Below, piece by piece: positions 53,892-62,535 of a stretch of DNA of 64,000 bases; the first letter of the stretch is position 1; every line of letters starts with the position of its first letter. Origin of the DNA: Acidimicrobiia bacterium. Lineage in GTDB: Bacteria > Actinomycetota > Acidimicrobiia > Acidimicrobiales > Bin134. A program made the position numbers and the translations under genes. The notes below the pieces were generated by a model. That model did no database searches. It worked only from the letters and a program-made list of their open reading frames with translations, and was not told the origin of the DNA. The stretch spans positions 15,218 through 79,217 of the forward strand of contig VYEX01000062.1 of NCBI GenBank assembly GCA_009842675.1. Direction: 5' to 3'.

Positions 53892-54755
53892 TCAGTCCTC
53901 GCTGGGGGAAACAGCCTGAGATGCCTCAAGGGCGTTGGTGTCGGCCTCGCCAGTCGTCTCGCGGCGATTGCGACGGTCGCGCAGCCAGCCGACGACGATT
54001 GCCGCCTCGTAGAACAAGTACATAGGCACCGACAGCACCATCAAGGTGAAGGGGTCTCCACTGGGGGTTATCACCGCCACGAGGGCCACAATGCCGACAA
54101 TGGCGAAACGGCGCCACCGAATGAGCTGCCGGTAGTGGATGATCCCCGCGAACTGCAAGAACACCAGCAGTATGGGAAACTCGAAGCCAATACCGAACGC
54201 AGCCATCATCTTGATCACGAAGGACAGATATTTGGCCGGCGAAAAGCCGGTAACCAGGTCTTCGCCTCCGATGGTGGCCAGGAATTTGAGCGCTCGGGGG
54301 ATGCTCCAGTAGGCCAGGCCAGCACCGAGAGCGAACAGAAGCGCGCCGACCACGGTGAATGCCGCCGCGTGGCGACGCTCACGAGGGTAGAGACCGGGCT
54401 GCACAAACCTCCACACTTGCCAGAGAATGATCGGAATGGCCAGGGTCAATCCGCCGTAGCCCGCGACGGTCAGGCGAACAGAAAACGGCTCCAGTGGATC
54501 AAGCACCAAGAGCTCGCATCCGCCGAAGAGGTTTTGTCGGGCGGCCTCCTCAGCCACGGCCTGTTCGGGAACAATGTCGCAATAAGGCTGGACCATCAGG
54601 TCCAGGATCTGGGGATAGAGCACCCAGCAGGCCACGGCTCCGGCAACCACCGCCAATATGCACTTGATGAGCCTCGACCGCAGCTCAACAAGGTGCCCCA
54701 TCAATGGCATGGTCCCGTCGGTCGAGCGGGCGCGGTCCATCCCCGCGTCGTTCAC
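53892..54755 (-). CDS. tatC: twin-arginine translocase subunit TatC
   Basis: MPLMGHLVELRSRLIK motif and 6-TM layout. The GTG start overlaps the tatA stop (GTGA). Confidence 0.9.
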   Translation of the reverse strand: MNDAGMDRARSTDGTMPLMGHLVELRSRLIKCILAVVAGAVACWVLYPQILDLMVQPYCDIVPEQAVAEEAARQNLFGGCELLVLDPLEPFSVRLTVAGYGGLTLAIPIILWQVWRFVQPGLYPRERRHAAAFTVVGALLFALGAGLAYWSIPRALKFLATIGGEDLVTGFSPAKYLSFVIKMMAAFGIGFEFPILLVFLQFAGIIHYRQLIRWRRFAIVGIVALVAVITPSGDPFTLMVLSVPMYLFYEAAIVVGWLRDRRNRRETTGEADTNALEASQAVSPSED

Positions 54756-55075
54756 GGGCTGCTTTGCGGTTGGTCGAAGGCCTGTGTTGCTCCCGGCCCA
54801 TCCTTCTCGCCGTCAGTCGTTGCCCCTGGCTCCTTTTCTTTGCCGTTGGCCAGCTTGTCCTCTTCGACGGCAATTCTGCCTCGACGACGGGCCTCCTCCT
54901 CAATGGGCTCGTCGAGGGCATTTTGCAACTCCTGCTGGAACCCCGTGGAGATCTTGCGCACCTGTCGGATTACATTGCCGATCTGACGGGCCGCCCCGGG
55001 CAGCTTCTCAGGTCCCAACACCACTAGAGCCACCACCACGATTACCGCGATCTCAGCCCATCCGAGGTTGCCCAC
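54752..55075 (-). CDS. tatA: twin-arginine translocase subunit TatA/E
   Basis: MGNLGWAEIAVIVVVALVVLGPEKLPGAARQIG (TM plus amphipathic helix) and a charged tail. Confidence 0.85.
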   Translation of the reverse strand: MGNLGWAEIAVIVVVALVVLGPEKLPGAARQIGNVIRQVRKISTGFQQELQNALDEPIEEEARRRGRIAVEEDKLANGKEKEPGATTDGEKDGPGATQAFDQPQSSP

Positions 55076-55109
55076 CCCCAGAGGCTACCGCTCTACTTGC
55101 TTTCTGAGG

Positions 55110-55889
55110 TTGTCCGAGCCGGAGGCAGCAACCAATGATGAAGGCGTGCCTCCCCGGATCTCTCCGCTTCGAATTCCGCCTCTGGGATTCGCCCATAGGG
55201 GCGCTCGAGCCCACGAGCGGGAGAACACTCTGGCTGCCTTCTCGCTTGCGTTGGAGATGGGAGCTGGCGGTCTGGAGAGCGATGTCTGGGTGACCGCCGA
55301 CGGCCAGGCGGTGCTCGACCATGATGGCCTGGTTCGCTCATCCCGGTGGCGTCGAAAGCGTCCTATCTCTGATTGTCGCCGCGACGAACTGCCCGACCAC
55401 ATCCCCGCCCTGGCGGAGCTCTACAGCGAGTGCGGCACAAACTTCGAGTTATCGCTCGACTTGAAGGATGCCGGGGCAGCGTCGGCGGTGGTCGACAGTG
55501 TGGACGCGGTGGCCGCCGACACCGGCGAGGCCCTCAGAGAGCGACTGTGGCTGTGCCACCCCGATGTCGACACCCTGGTACTTCTGCGGAAGCAATGGCC
55601 CGACGTTCGCCTATGCAATTCCACCCGGCTGAGTCGCATGGACGGTGGTCCGGAGCGGCGGGCTGCGGTGTTGGCCGAATCCGGGATCGACTCGGTGAAC
55701 CTCCATCAAACCGACTGGACCGGTGGCCTGGTCACATTGTTCCACCGGTTTGGAGTTCTGTGCTTTGGGTGGGATGCGCAGCAGCCCCGAGTGCTCAACG
55801 AATTGCTGGATATGGGAATCGACGCGGTCTATAGCGACCACGTCGACCGACTGAGGATGGCGCTGGATAGCTGGTACCCTGACCGGTGA
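55110..55889 (+). CDS. glycerophosphodiester phosphodiesterase family protein
   Basis: GFAHRGA...ENTLAAF...GLESDVWVTADGQAVLDHD. The start is uncertain (TTG 55068, TTG 55110 or GTG 55146). Confidence 0.75.
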   Translation: MSEPEAATNDEGVPPRISPLRIPPLGFAHRGARAHERENTLAAFSLALEMGAGGLESDVWVTADGQAVLDHDGLVRSSRWRRKRPISDCRRDELPDHIPALAELYSECGTNFELSLDLKDAGAASAVVDSVDAVAADTGEALRERLWLCHPDVDTLVLLRKQWPDVRLCNSTRLSRMDGGPERRAAVLAESGIDSVNLHQTDWTGGLVTLFHRFGVLCFGWDAQQPRVLNELLDMGIDAVYSDHVDRLRMALDSWYPDR

Positions 55890-56758
55890 TGAGTGATCGT
55901 GCCGCAAATGCAAAGGCTTTCGTTGCTCAGAACCAGGAACCCGTCGTTTTTGACGGCGTAGTGGCCAAGTACGGCAACGGTCACATCGCTCTTTCTGGCA
56001 TTAGCTGTAAGTTCCAACACGGGACCTCCACCGCTCTGGTAGGTGCCAACGGATCGGGAAAGACCACTCTGCTCCGAATGATGTGCGGTCTTGCCCAGCC
56101 ATACCAGGGGACCATCACCCCAGATCCCTCCAAGAAGACGATCGCCCTAGTGGCGCAACAGCACGGGCAACGGTCGTGGATGCCGCTGACAGTGGCCAAC
56201 GTCTTACGCATGTCCCGGTTCCGTGACCGGGGCTTGGTCAAGCGCTTCAGCGCTGCGGATCGGATTCTCATCGAGGAATCGGCCGAGCGCCTCGAGGTAG
56301 CCAACCTGAAGAATCGCCAGTTTCAAGAGTTGTCTGGAGGCCAACGCCAGAGGGTAATGGTTGCCCAGGCATTGGCCCACGACGCTGACGTGCTTTTGAT
56401 GGACGAGCCCATCACCGGATTGGACATACCCAGCCAGGAGGCGATTCTCCGAATAGTCGATGAGGAGCGCCAACGGGGCCGCATCGTGGTTATTTCAACC
56501 CACCACATGGACGAAGCCGAACTCTGCGACCAAGTGCTCCTCTTGGCCAACCGGATGGTCGCAGCAGGAACACCCGGCGAGGTGCTCACCAACAAGAATC
56601 TCCAAGAAGCCTTCGGCCTCCGCATGGCCCACGGCGACGAAGAAGACTGTGTCTTCCACGGAGAGCACGACAGCCACGAAGGCGGTGTCGTCCATGTCTT
56701 CAACGATCACGGCCATGGCCACGATCACGGCCATGGCCACGACCACTTCGACTGTTAG
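55886..56758 (+). CDS. metal ABC transporter ATP-binding protein (ZnuC/TroB-like) with a His-rich C-terminal tail
   Basis: Walker A GANGSGKTT, signature LSGGQRQR, Walker B LLMDEP. Tail HGDEEDCVFHGEHDSHEGGVVHVFNDHGHGHDHGHGHDHFDC. The start overlaps the GDPD stop (GTGATG). Confidence 0.8.
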   Translation: MMSDRAANAKAFVAQNQEPVVFDGVVAKYGNGHIALSGISCKFQHGTSTALVGANGSGKTTLLRMMCGLAQPYQGTITPDPSKKTIALVAQQHGQRSWMPLTVANVLRMSRFRDRGLVKRFSAADRILIEESAERLEVANLKNRQFQELSGGQRQRVMVAQALAHDADVLLMDEPITGLDIPSQEAILRIVDEERQRGRIVVISTHHMDEAELCDQVLLLANRMVAAGTPGEVLTNKNLQEAFGLRMAHGDEEDCVFHGEHDSHEGGVVHVFNDHGHGHDHGHGHDHFDC

Positions 56759-56790
56759 CGGTTCGCAGACGGACCACTAGCCGCCTGTAG

Positions 56791-57438
56791 CTACAGGCGG
56801 CCGAAGTCGGTCATCGGCCACAGTCTCAGGAAGGCGTGGCCCACTATCAGATCCTCAGAGATCGGGCCGAATGTCCGGCTATCGGTTGAGTTTGGCCGGT
56901 TGTCGCCCATGACGAACACCTCCCCCGCCCCAATCAGACATCCCTCGTCCACTATCGCGGCGCACCCGGATGGCATCTTTCCGGTAGTAATTCCCGACGA
57001 TTCCAGATAGGGCTCGTGGAGCCTCCGCCCATCGATGTACACGTCCCCTTCCACGAATGCGATTACCTCGCCCGGCAAGGCGATCACCCGCTTTATGAGA
57101 TCGTCCTCTTGGCGGCCACTTACCCCCCGGGGCCGCTCGAATACCACCAGGTCCCCGCGATCAACGTCGCCGATGTCGTAGCCCAGCTTGTTAACCAGGA
57201 CTCGGTCGCCGTTGCCCAGCGTGGGCTCCATGGATGTGAACCGGATGTAGTAGGCCTGGAAAAGCACAGATCGCAGTATCAGGGCCAGCACCAGTGCGCC
57301 GGCCAAGACCGCCACCCACTCCGCTATGACACGAGCCGTGGACTTCTCCTTCTTGCCGTTCCCAGGGCCTTCCTCACCGTCGGAATGTTCTGAAACGGCC
57401 ACCGAGGCCTCCGACTGCTCCGGCTGATCGATGCTCAT
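56791..57438 (-). CDS. lepB: signal peptidase I
   Basis: Box B SMEPTL, box D KRVIALPGE, box E GDNRPNSTDSR. Confidence 0.9.
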   Translation of the reverse strand: MSIDQPEQSEASVAVSEHSDGEEGPGNGKKEKSTARVIAEWVAVLAGALVLALILRSVLFQAYYIRFTSMEPTLGNGDRVLVNKLGYDIGDVDRGDLVVFERPRGVSGRQEDDLIKRVIALPGEVIAFVEGDVYIDGRRLHEPYLESSGITTGKMPSGCAAIVDEGCLIGAGEVFVMGDNRPNSTDSRTFGPISEDLIVGHAFLRLWPMTDFGRL

Positions 57439-57452
57439 GGCCCGCGTTGCCC

Positions 57453-58409
57453 CTAGCGGTACCTAGCCAGCACCCGCTGGGCGGCGATTCGGGCTTGGTC
57501 TGCGGCAACCGGCGGATCAGCACTACGCAACTCAGCTTGGGGTCCGAGCTGAAGCAACAACCGCTCCAGCCGGCTGACCTGGCTCACTGGCATTGTGGCA
57601 TCGATCTCCCCGCTGTCCAGGACTGCCTGTTCCTCGGTCGGGTATTTCTCAATGGCCCAAGAAGTGCCCGGGGCCAGACGTAGCACAACCCGGGGGTCGC
57701 TCGACCGGGCCTCAAAAGCCGACGGCTGGCGAGTCTCGTCAGGCGGGTCGAAGAATTCCTCCAACGCTTCGAGGGATCTGATCCGGTCGATGCGGAACAC
57801 CCGCACGCCCCCGGCCTTCAGGCAATTGCCCTGCAAGTACCAGTTGCCCATCTCAGAGAAAACCCTGTACGGGTGGACGATGCGATCGGATTCCTGCCCT
57901 CTTCCGAAGCTGAAGTATCGAATTCGAACTTGGCGGCGATCTGCGACCGCACCCAACAGCGGCTCAACCCATTCCCCGGCTGACTCCCCCAAGCTCACCG
58001 CCAAATCCTCTCCGACACTCACTCCGAGGCCCGCAGCCAACTTGGCCAATCCGCGGCTCAGCGGACCATCGGGATCGGCATCGGACAGCAAGGCCTCCCC
58101 GGCCCCAATCAACCCGAGAGCTTGGCCGGACGTAAGCCGCAAAGGACGGGAGAAGTAGTCGGCATTGCTGATCGCCACCCAACCGCCGTTGTCCTCTTCA
58201 TCCAAGCCCATCACATTTATCAGCTCGTCAGGGGTGAAGGGGTGTAGCCCCACTACGAACAGAACCCTCACCAGATCCTCTCGCAGCTCTGCTTCCGGAT
58301 AGTCAAACCGCTGGGAGATCTCGTCTAGTTCTGCCCCGTCCTGGGACATAACCCAGGGAACAAGCTCCAGCATCCGCCGCAAGCGATCCCCCGCGCTCAG
58401 CCGACTCAT
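57453..58409 (-). CDS. pafC: WYL-domain transcriptional regulator, PafC-type
   Basis: HTH-WYL architecture. Second of two paralogs directly downstream of pafA. 4-nt overlap with pafB. Confidence 0.75.
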   Translation of the reverse strand: MSRLSAGDRLRRMLELVPWVMSQDGAELDEISQRFDYPEAELREDLVRVLFVVGLHPFTPDELINVMGLDEEDNGGWVAISNADYFSRPLRLTSGQALGLIGAGEALLSDADPDGPLSRGLAKLAAGLGVSVGEDLAVSLGESAGEWVEPLLGAVADRRQVRIRYFSFGRGQESDRIVHPYRVFSEMGNWYLQGNCLKAGGVRVFRIDRIRSLEALEEFFDPPDETRQPSAFEARSSDPRVVLRLAPGTSWAIEKYPTEEQAVLDSGEIDATMPVSQVSRLERLLLQLGPQAELRSADPPVAADQARIAAQRVLARYR

Positions 58410-59371
58410 CGGCTCAATTCCTCAAGCCAGGCCACTACGCCAGCACGCAGTTCCGGGGGGCTGACGATCTCAGCGTGCTCAAGGAATTCCAAGGCCAAAG
58501 AGCGAAAAGCATCCGTACTGCGGACCACAACCTCGAACACCGCCGAGCCGTCGCTCTCTTTCGCCACCGGTTCTTGTCCAAGGCGCCGAGCGGCCCAGAC
58601 TGCCTGCTCCGGGTCGACTCTAAGACGGGCACTCACCGGTGTCTCGGTCCCAAATTTCCAGGGCTGAATTGGCACCCAGCCGACAGCGTCCTCAGGCTGC
58701 TGGAAGCCGCCGGGGGAACCCAAGGTCACGTCACCTTCGATTCGGTCCACCCGGAAGGTGCGCTTGTCGTCGCGCGAGCGGTCGTGGCCCACCACATACC
58801 AGTGCCCCTGATCGAAGGCCAGGGTCCACGGCTCAATGGCACGGTCCTGCCCGCCGTAGGCGAACCCGGCCACTCGCTGTTCGGTGACCGCCTGGAACAG
58901 GTCTGCCAGTGCGGGATGAACCGGCACCGCAGCTAATTCAGCCTCTGTCCCCTCACCGACCCTCCCGCCCAGCTTCCACAGCGCCTCTGAACCCGATACC
59001 CCGTCGAATCGGACTGCGGTGGCCGCCCGGTGCAAGGCGGCTAGCTCGTCCGCCTCCAAGTCCATCTCCGGCAGCGAGTAGTCCTGCTTGCGGATTCGGT
59101 ATCCCCAGGTCTCCCGTTCCTGGCCGGGCACCGGCCCGGAAATGACTGGGATCCCGGCGTCGGCCAACTCGTTCATGTCTCGATGAAAGGCCCGCTTGGC
59201 GGCCGCCCCGTTCTCCGGATAGCCAGCCGAGTCGGCGCCGCGGGAGATTCCCACCCTCTTGTGGATCTCTTCGATGGAGAGGAATCGAGGCGTGTCGATA
59301 AGTGCGGCGATAAGTCGAAGCAATCGCTCCAGCCTGACCTGCTCCGGTTTCCTTCTGGAAATGGCAGCCAT
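58406..59371 (-). CDS. pafB: WYL-domain transcriptional regulator, PafB-type
   Basis: HTH-WYL architecture (GHWYVVGHD) immediately downstream of pafA. Confidence 0.75.
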   Translation of the reverse strand: MAAISRRKPEQVRLERLLRLIAALIDTPRFLSIEEIHKRVGISRGADSAGYPENGAAAKRAFHRDMNELADAGIPVISGPVPGQERETWGYRIRKQDYSLPEMDLEADELAALHRAATAVRFDGVSGSEALWKLGGRVGEGTEAELAAVPVHPALADLFQAVTEQRVAGFAYGGQDRAIEPWTLAFDQGHWYVVGHDRSRDDKRTFRVDRIEGDVTLGSPGGFQQPEDAVGWVPIQPWKFGTETPVSARLRVDPEQAVWAARRLGQEPVAKESDGSAVFEVVVRSTDAFRSLALEFLEHAEIVSPPELRAGVVAWLEELSR

Positions 59372-59387
59372 CAGCGCGACGAAGACA

Positions 59388-60746
59388 TCACAGCGATTCG
59401 ATCAGCTTTTCCACCCGTTCGTCGTGGGCTCGGAACGGATCTTTGCAAAGGACAGTCCGCTGCGCCTGGTCGTTCAACTTCAGATGCACCCAGTCCACCG
59501 TGTAGTCCCGTTTGCGCTCTTTCGCCCTCCGTATGAATTCCCCCCGGAGTCGGGCACGGGTGGTGGCTGGCGGATTCTCCACAGCGTGGCTGATCTCGTC
59601 GTCCACGCACATCCGCTCGGTCATGCCCCGGTTCTGCATCCGGTAGAAGAGGCTGCGAGATCGGTTCACATCGTGATACTGAAGATCTAGCAGGGCCACC
59701 CGGGGATCGCTGATCCTCAGGTCGTGGCGCTCCCGATACGCCTCCACAAGGTGGAACTTCATCACCCAGTCGCATTCCCGACTCAGGCTCAGAGGATCAT
59801 CGGCGATCCGGGTCAGGCAGTGTTCCCACATTTGGAGGGCCTGCTTGTCTTGCGGCTCCAGCTCTCGACTGTCGGCGTACTTGAGGGCGCGGTCGAGGTA
59901 TTCCGACTGGATCTCCAGCGCGCTTACCTCACGGCCGCTAGCCAGTCGTATCCGCCGCGTGCATGTGGGGTCGTGGCTGATCTCTCTGATGGCCCTGATC
60001 GGATTGTCCAGGGTCATGTCCCGCAGAGCCACCGAAGGGTCTTCCAGCATCCGCAGCAGAATGCTGGTCGCCCCTGCTTTCAAGAATGTGGCGTACTCGC
60101 TCATGTTGGAGTCCCCCACGATCACATGCAGCCGCCGGTATCGCTCGGCATCGGCGTGGGGTTCGTCTCGGGTGTTGATGATGGGCCGAGAACGGGTGGT
60201 AGCGCTGGAAACCCCCTCCCAGATGTGCTCGGCCCTTTGGCTTATGCAGTAGGTGGCTCCTCGGGCGGTCTGAAGTACTTTGCCTGCTCCGGCATAGATC
60301 TGGCGGCTGACCAGAAACGGGATCAGAACTTCGGCGTATTCGGAAAAGTCATCCCGGCGGCTGGTGAGGTAGTTCTCGTGGCAGCCGTAGCTGTTCCCGG
60401 CCGAATCGGTGTTGTTCTTGAACAGATAGATGTCCCCCTGGATGCCCTCTTCCCGAAGCCGCTGCTCCGCGCTCTCGATGAGGGTCTCCAAAATGCGCTC
60501 GCCGGCCTTGTCGTGGGCCACCAGGTCGTAGACCGAGTCACACTCCGGCGTGGCGTATTCGGGATGCGAGCCCACGTCCAGATACAGCCGGGCCCCGTTG
60601 ACCAAGAACACATTGCTGCTGCGCCCCCAGGACACAACCCTTCGGAACAAGTAGCGGGCCACCTCATCGGGGCTCAGTCGGCGGTGGCCCCGAAGCGCGC
60701 AGGTGACTCCGTATTCGTTCTCGATCCCGAAGATCCGCCGCTCCAT
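59388..60746 (-). CDS. pafA: Pup--protein ligase PafA
   Basis: [13 protein letters not shown]..., [24 protein letters not shown]. 452 aa from the ATG at 60746. The 84 upstream codons of the track ORF overlap prcA. Confidence 0.9.
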   Translation of the reverse strand: MERRIFGIENEYGVTCALRGHRRLSPDEVARYLFRRVVSWGRSSNVFLVNGARLYLDVGSHPEYATPECDSVYDLVAHDKAGERILETLIESAEQRLREEGIQGDIYLFKNNTDSAGNSYGCHENYLTSRRDDFSEYAEVLIPFLVSRQIYAGAGKVLQTARGATYCISQRAEHIWEGVSSATTRSRPIINTRDEPHADAERYRRLHVIVGDSNMSEYATFLKAGATSILLRMLEDPSVALRDMTLDNPIRAIREISHDPTCTRRIRLASGREVSALEIQSEYLDRALKYADSRELEPQDKQALQMWEHCLTRIADDPLSLSRECDWVMKFHLVEAYRERHDLRISDPRVALLDLQYHDVNRSRSLFYRMQNRGMTERMCVDDEISHAVENPPATTRARLRGEFIRRAKERKRDYTVDWVHLKLNDQAQRTVLCKDPFRAHDERVEKLIESL

Positions 60747-60783
60747 GCCTATCTGCTTCCCATGCCGAAAGTCCGCCGCTCCA

Positions 60784-61461
60784 TCAGCCCAAGAGCCCGG
60801 CCAGCTCGTCGCCTTCGATTCTTTGGAACGCCCGCCTCCCGGTCTCGCGCACCAGGATGGCAACTTCGAGGTCGTCGGCTTCCAGCGTCCGCTCCTCGCC
60901 GGCCAGAGCTGCCGCCGCGGCTTGGACCGCATCGCCCACTGGCCAGTCCCGGTCGTAGGTCTCACCCAGCCTCTCGGCAATGGAATCGGCCTCACCACCT
61001 AGAACGGTGAAGCCTGATTCGTCGTTCACTGTTCCGTCGTAGAGAACATGGAACATCTGATCGCCGCTGGGATCGATAGTCACTTCAGTCACCAGGATTT
61101 CCACCTCCATCGGCTTCATTTCGTGGGTAAAGGTCTGACCCAGCACTTGGGCGTACTGATTGGCCAAGCTCCGGGCGTCCACGTCCTCGCGGCTATAGGT
61201 GTAACCCTTGAGGTCGGCGTGGCGAACGCCGGCGATTCGGAGTTGGTCGAATTCGTTGTAGCGGCCCACCCCGGCGAAAGCGATGCGATCGTAAATCTCA
61301 CTGACCTTGCGCAATGTATTGGAGCGGTTCTCGGCGCAGATCAAGATACCGTCGCGAACGCTAAGCGCAGTTAAGGCCCGGCCGCGGGCAATTCCCTTGC
61401 GGGCGAAGTCGGCCCGATCCTTCATCAGCTGTTCTGGCGCTACGTAGAAGGGCATGGTCAC
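60784..61461 (-). CDS. prcA: 20S proteasome alpha subunit
   Basis: [28 protein letters not shown]... is a typical PrcA N-terminus. 4-nt overlap with prcB. Confidence 0.9.
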   Translation of the reverse strand: MTMPFYVAPEQLMKDRADFARKGIARGRALTALSVRDGILICAENRSNTLRKVSEIYDRIAFAGVGRYNEFDQLRIAGVRHADLKGYTYSREDVDARSLANQYAQVLGQTFTHEMKPMEVEILVTEVTIDPSGDQMFHVLYDGTVNDESGFTVLGGEADSIAERLGETYDRDWPVGDAVQAAAAALAGEERTLEADDLEVAILVRETGRRAFQRIEGDELAGLLG

Positions 61462-62258
61462 TGCGAATCACCCCCTTGGTTCTCCAGACTGGCGAGGAGG
61501 TCGCGGAATCGGGTTTCGACTTCCTCATCGGCCACCCGCTGGAATCCTTCGGCTCCAATGACTGCCACCACCGGATAGATCCCTCGCACCAAATCGGGCC
61601 CACCGGTGGCCGAGTCTTCCTCCGCGGTGCGGAACAAGGCCGAAACCGCTAGATCGATCATTTCATCAGCATCGGCATCCGGACGGTAGCCCAGCTTTAT
61701 CACCGTCCCCGCGTGAAGGCTGCCCGAACCCCCCACCGCAAATTCCCGCTCCTCGTAGCGGCCGCCGGTGACGTCGTACTGGAATAGGCGACCGACTTCG
61801 CGGTTGGTGTCATAGCCGGCGAAGAGCGGGACCACCGCAAACCCCTGCATGGCCGCCGGCAGGTTGTTCCTCACCATCATGCCGAGCTGGTTGGCCTTGC
61901 CGTCCAGGCTGAGGGCTTTCCCCTCCACCTTCTCATAATGCTCGAGTTGCAATTGGAACAGCCGAACCATCTCCATCGCCGGCCCAGCGGCACCGGCGAT
62001 AGCCACCCCCGAGTAGTGGTCGGCGGGGAATACCTTTTCGATGGTCCGGTGGCTTATTAGGTGTCCGGCGGTTGCCCGGCGGTCTCCGGCCATCACCACC
62101 CCCTGGTGGCAGCGAATGGCAACCACCGTTGTGGCATGGGAAATGGCCATGTCGGCAGCCGGGACGTCGGGAACTGGCGGTACCAGCCCTGCGGACCGCA
62201 CCAACTCTGCAAAGTTGGGGCCCGGGTCACCCCCGGCTTCAAAGAGGGGCAACGTCAC
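61458..62258 (-). CDS. prcB: 20S proteasome beta subunit (with propeptide)
   Basis: Propeptide followed by ...SHATTVVAIRC (catalytic Thr) and GDRRAT. Confidence 0.9.
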   Translation of the reverse strand: MTLPLFEAGGDPGPNFAELVRSAGLVPPVPDVPAADMAISHATTVVAIRCHQGVVMAGDRRATAGHLISHRTIEKVFPADHYSGVAIAGAAGPAMEMVRLFQLQLEHYEKVEGKALSLDGKANQLGMMVRNNLPAAMQGFAVVPLFAGYDTNREVGRLFQYDVTGGRYEEREFAVGGSGSLHAGTVIKLGYRPDADADEMIDLAVSALFRTAEEDSATGGPDLVRGIYPVVAVIGAEGFQRVADEEVETRFRDLLASLENQGGDSQ

Positions 62259-62274
62259 AGTTTGCAGACTACCG

Positions 62275-62469
62275 CTACTGTCCGCCCTTTTGGATATAAG
62301 ACTTGACGAAGTCCTCGGCGTTGGATTCCAGCACCTCGTCGATCTCGTCTAGCAGCTCGTCGAGTTCCGCCTTTAGCTCCTCGCCTTGTCCCGAAGTTGC
62401 AGGGGCGTCTTCGACCTCCGACTCCTCTCGCTGAGGCGCCGGCTTCTTGATCTGCTCTCGTTCTGCCAT
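62275..62469 (-). CDS. pup: prokaryotic ubiquitin-like protein Pup
   Basis: 64 aa, acidic, ending ...VKSYIQKGGQ (GGQ terminus). Confidence 0.9.
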   Translation of the reverse strand: MAEREQIKKPAPQREESEVEDAPATSGQGEELKAELDELLDEIDEVLESNAEDFVKSYIQKGGQ

Positions 62470-62535
62470 CTCATCCCCCTGATACCCGGATGCGTGTCGA
62501 TCACGATATCGCGCTGACCCTGAGGCGAGGACAAT

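Noticed and set aside
60747-60998. An 84-codon N-terminal extension of the pafA ORF.
   Set aside because: It overlaps the 3' end of prcA. The canonical PafA N-terminus [13 protein letters not shown] starts at 60746, giving the expected 452 aa.
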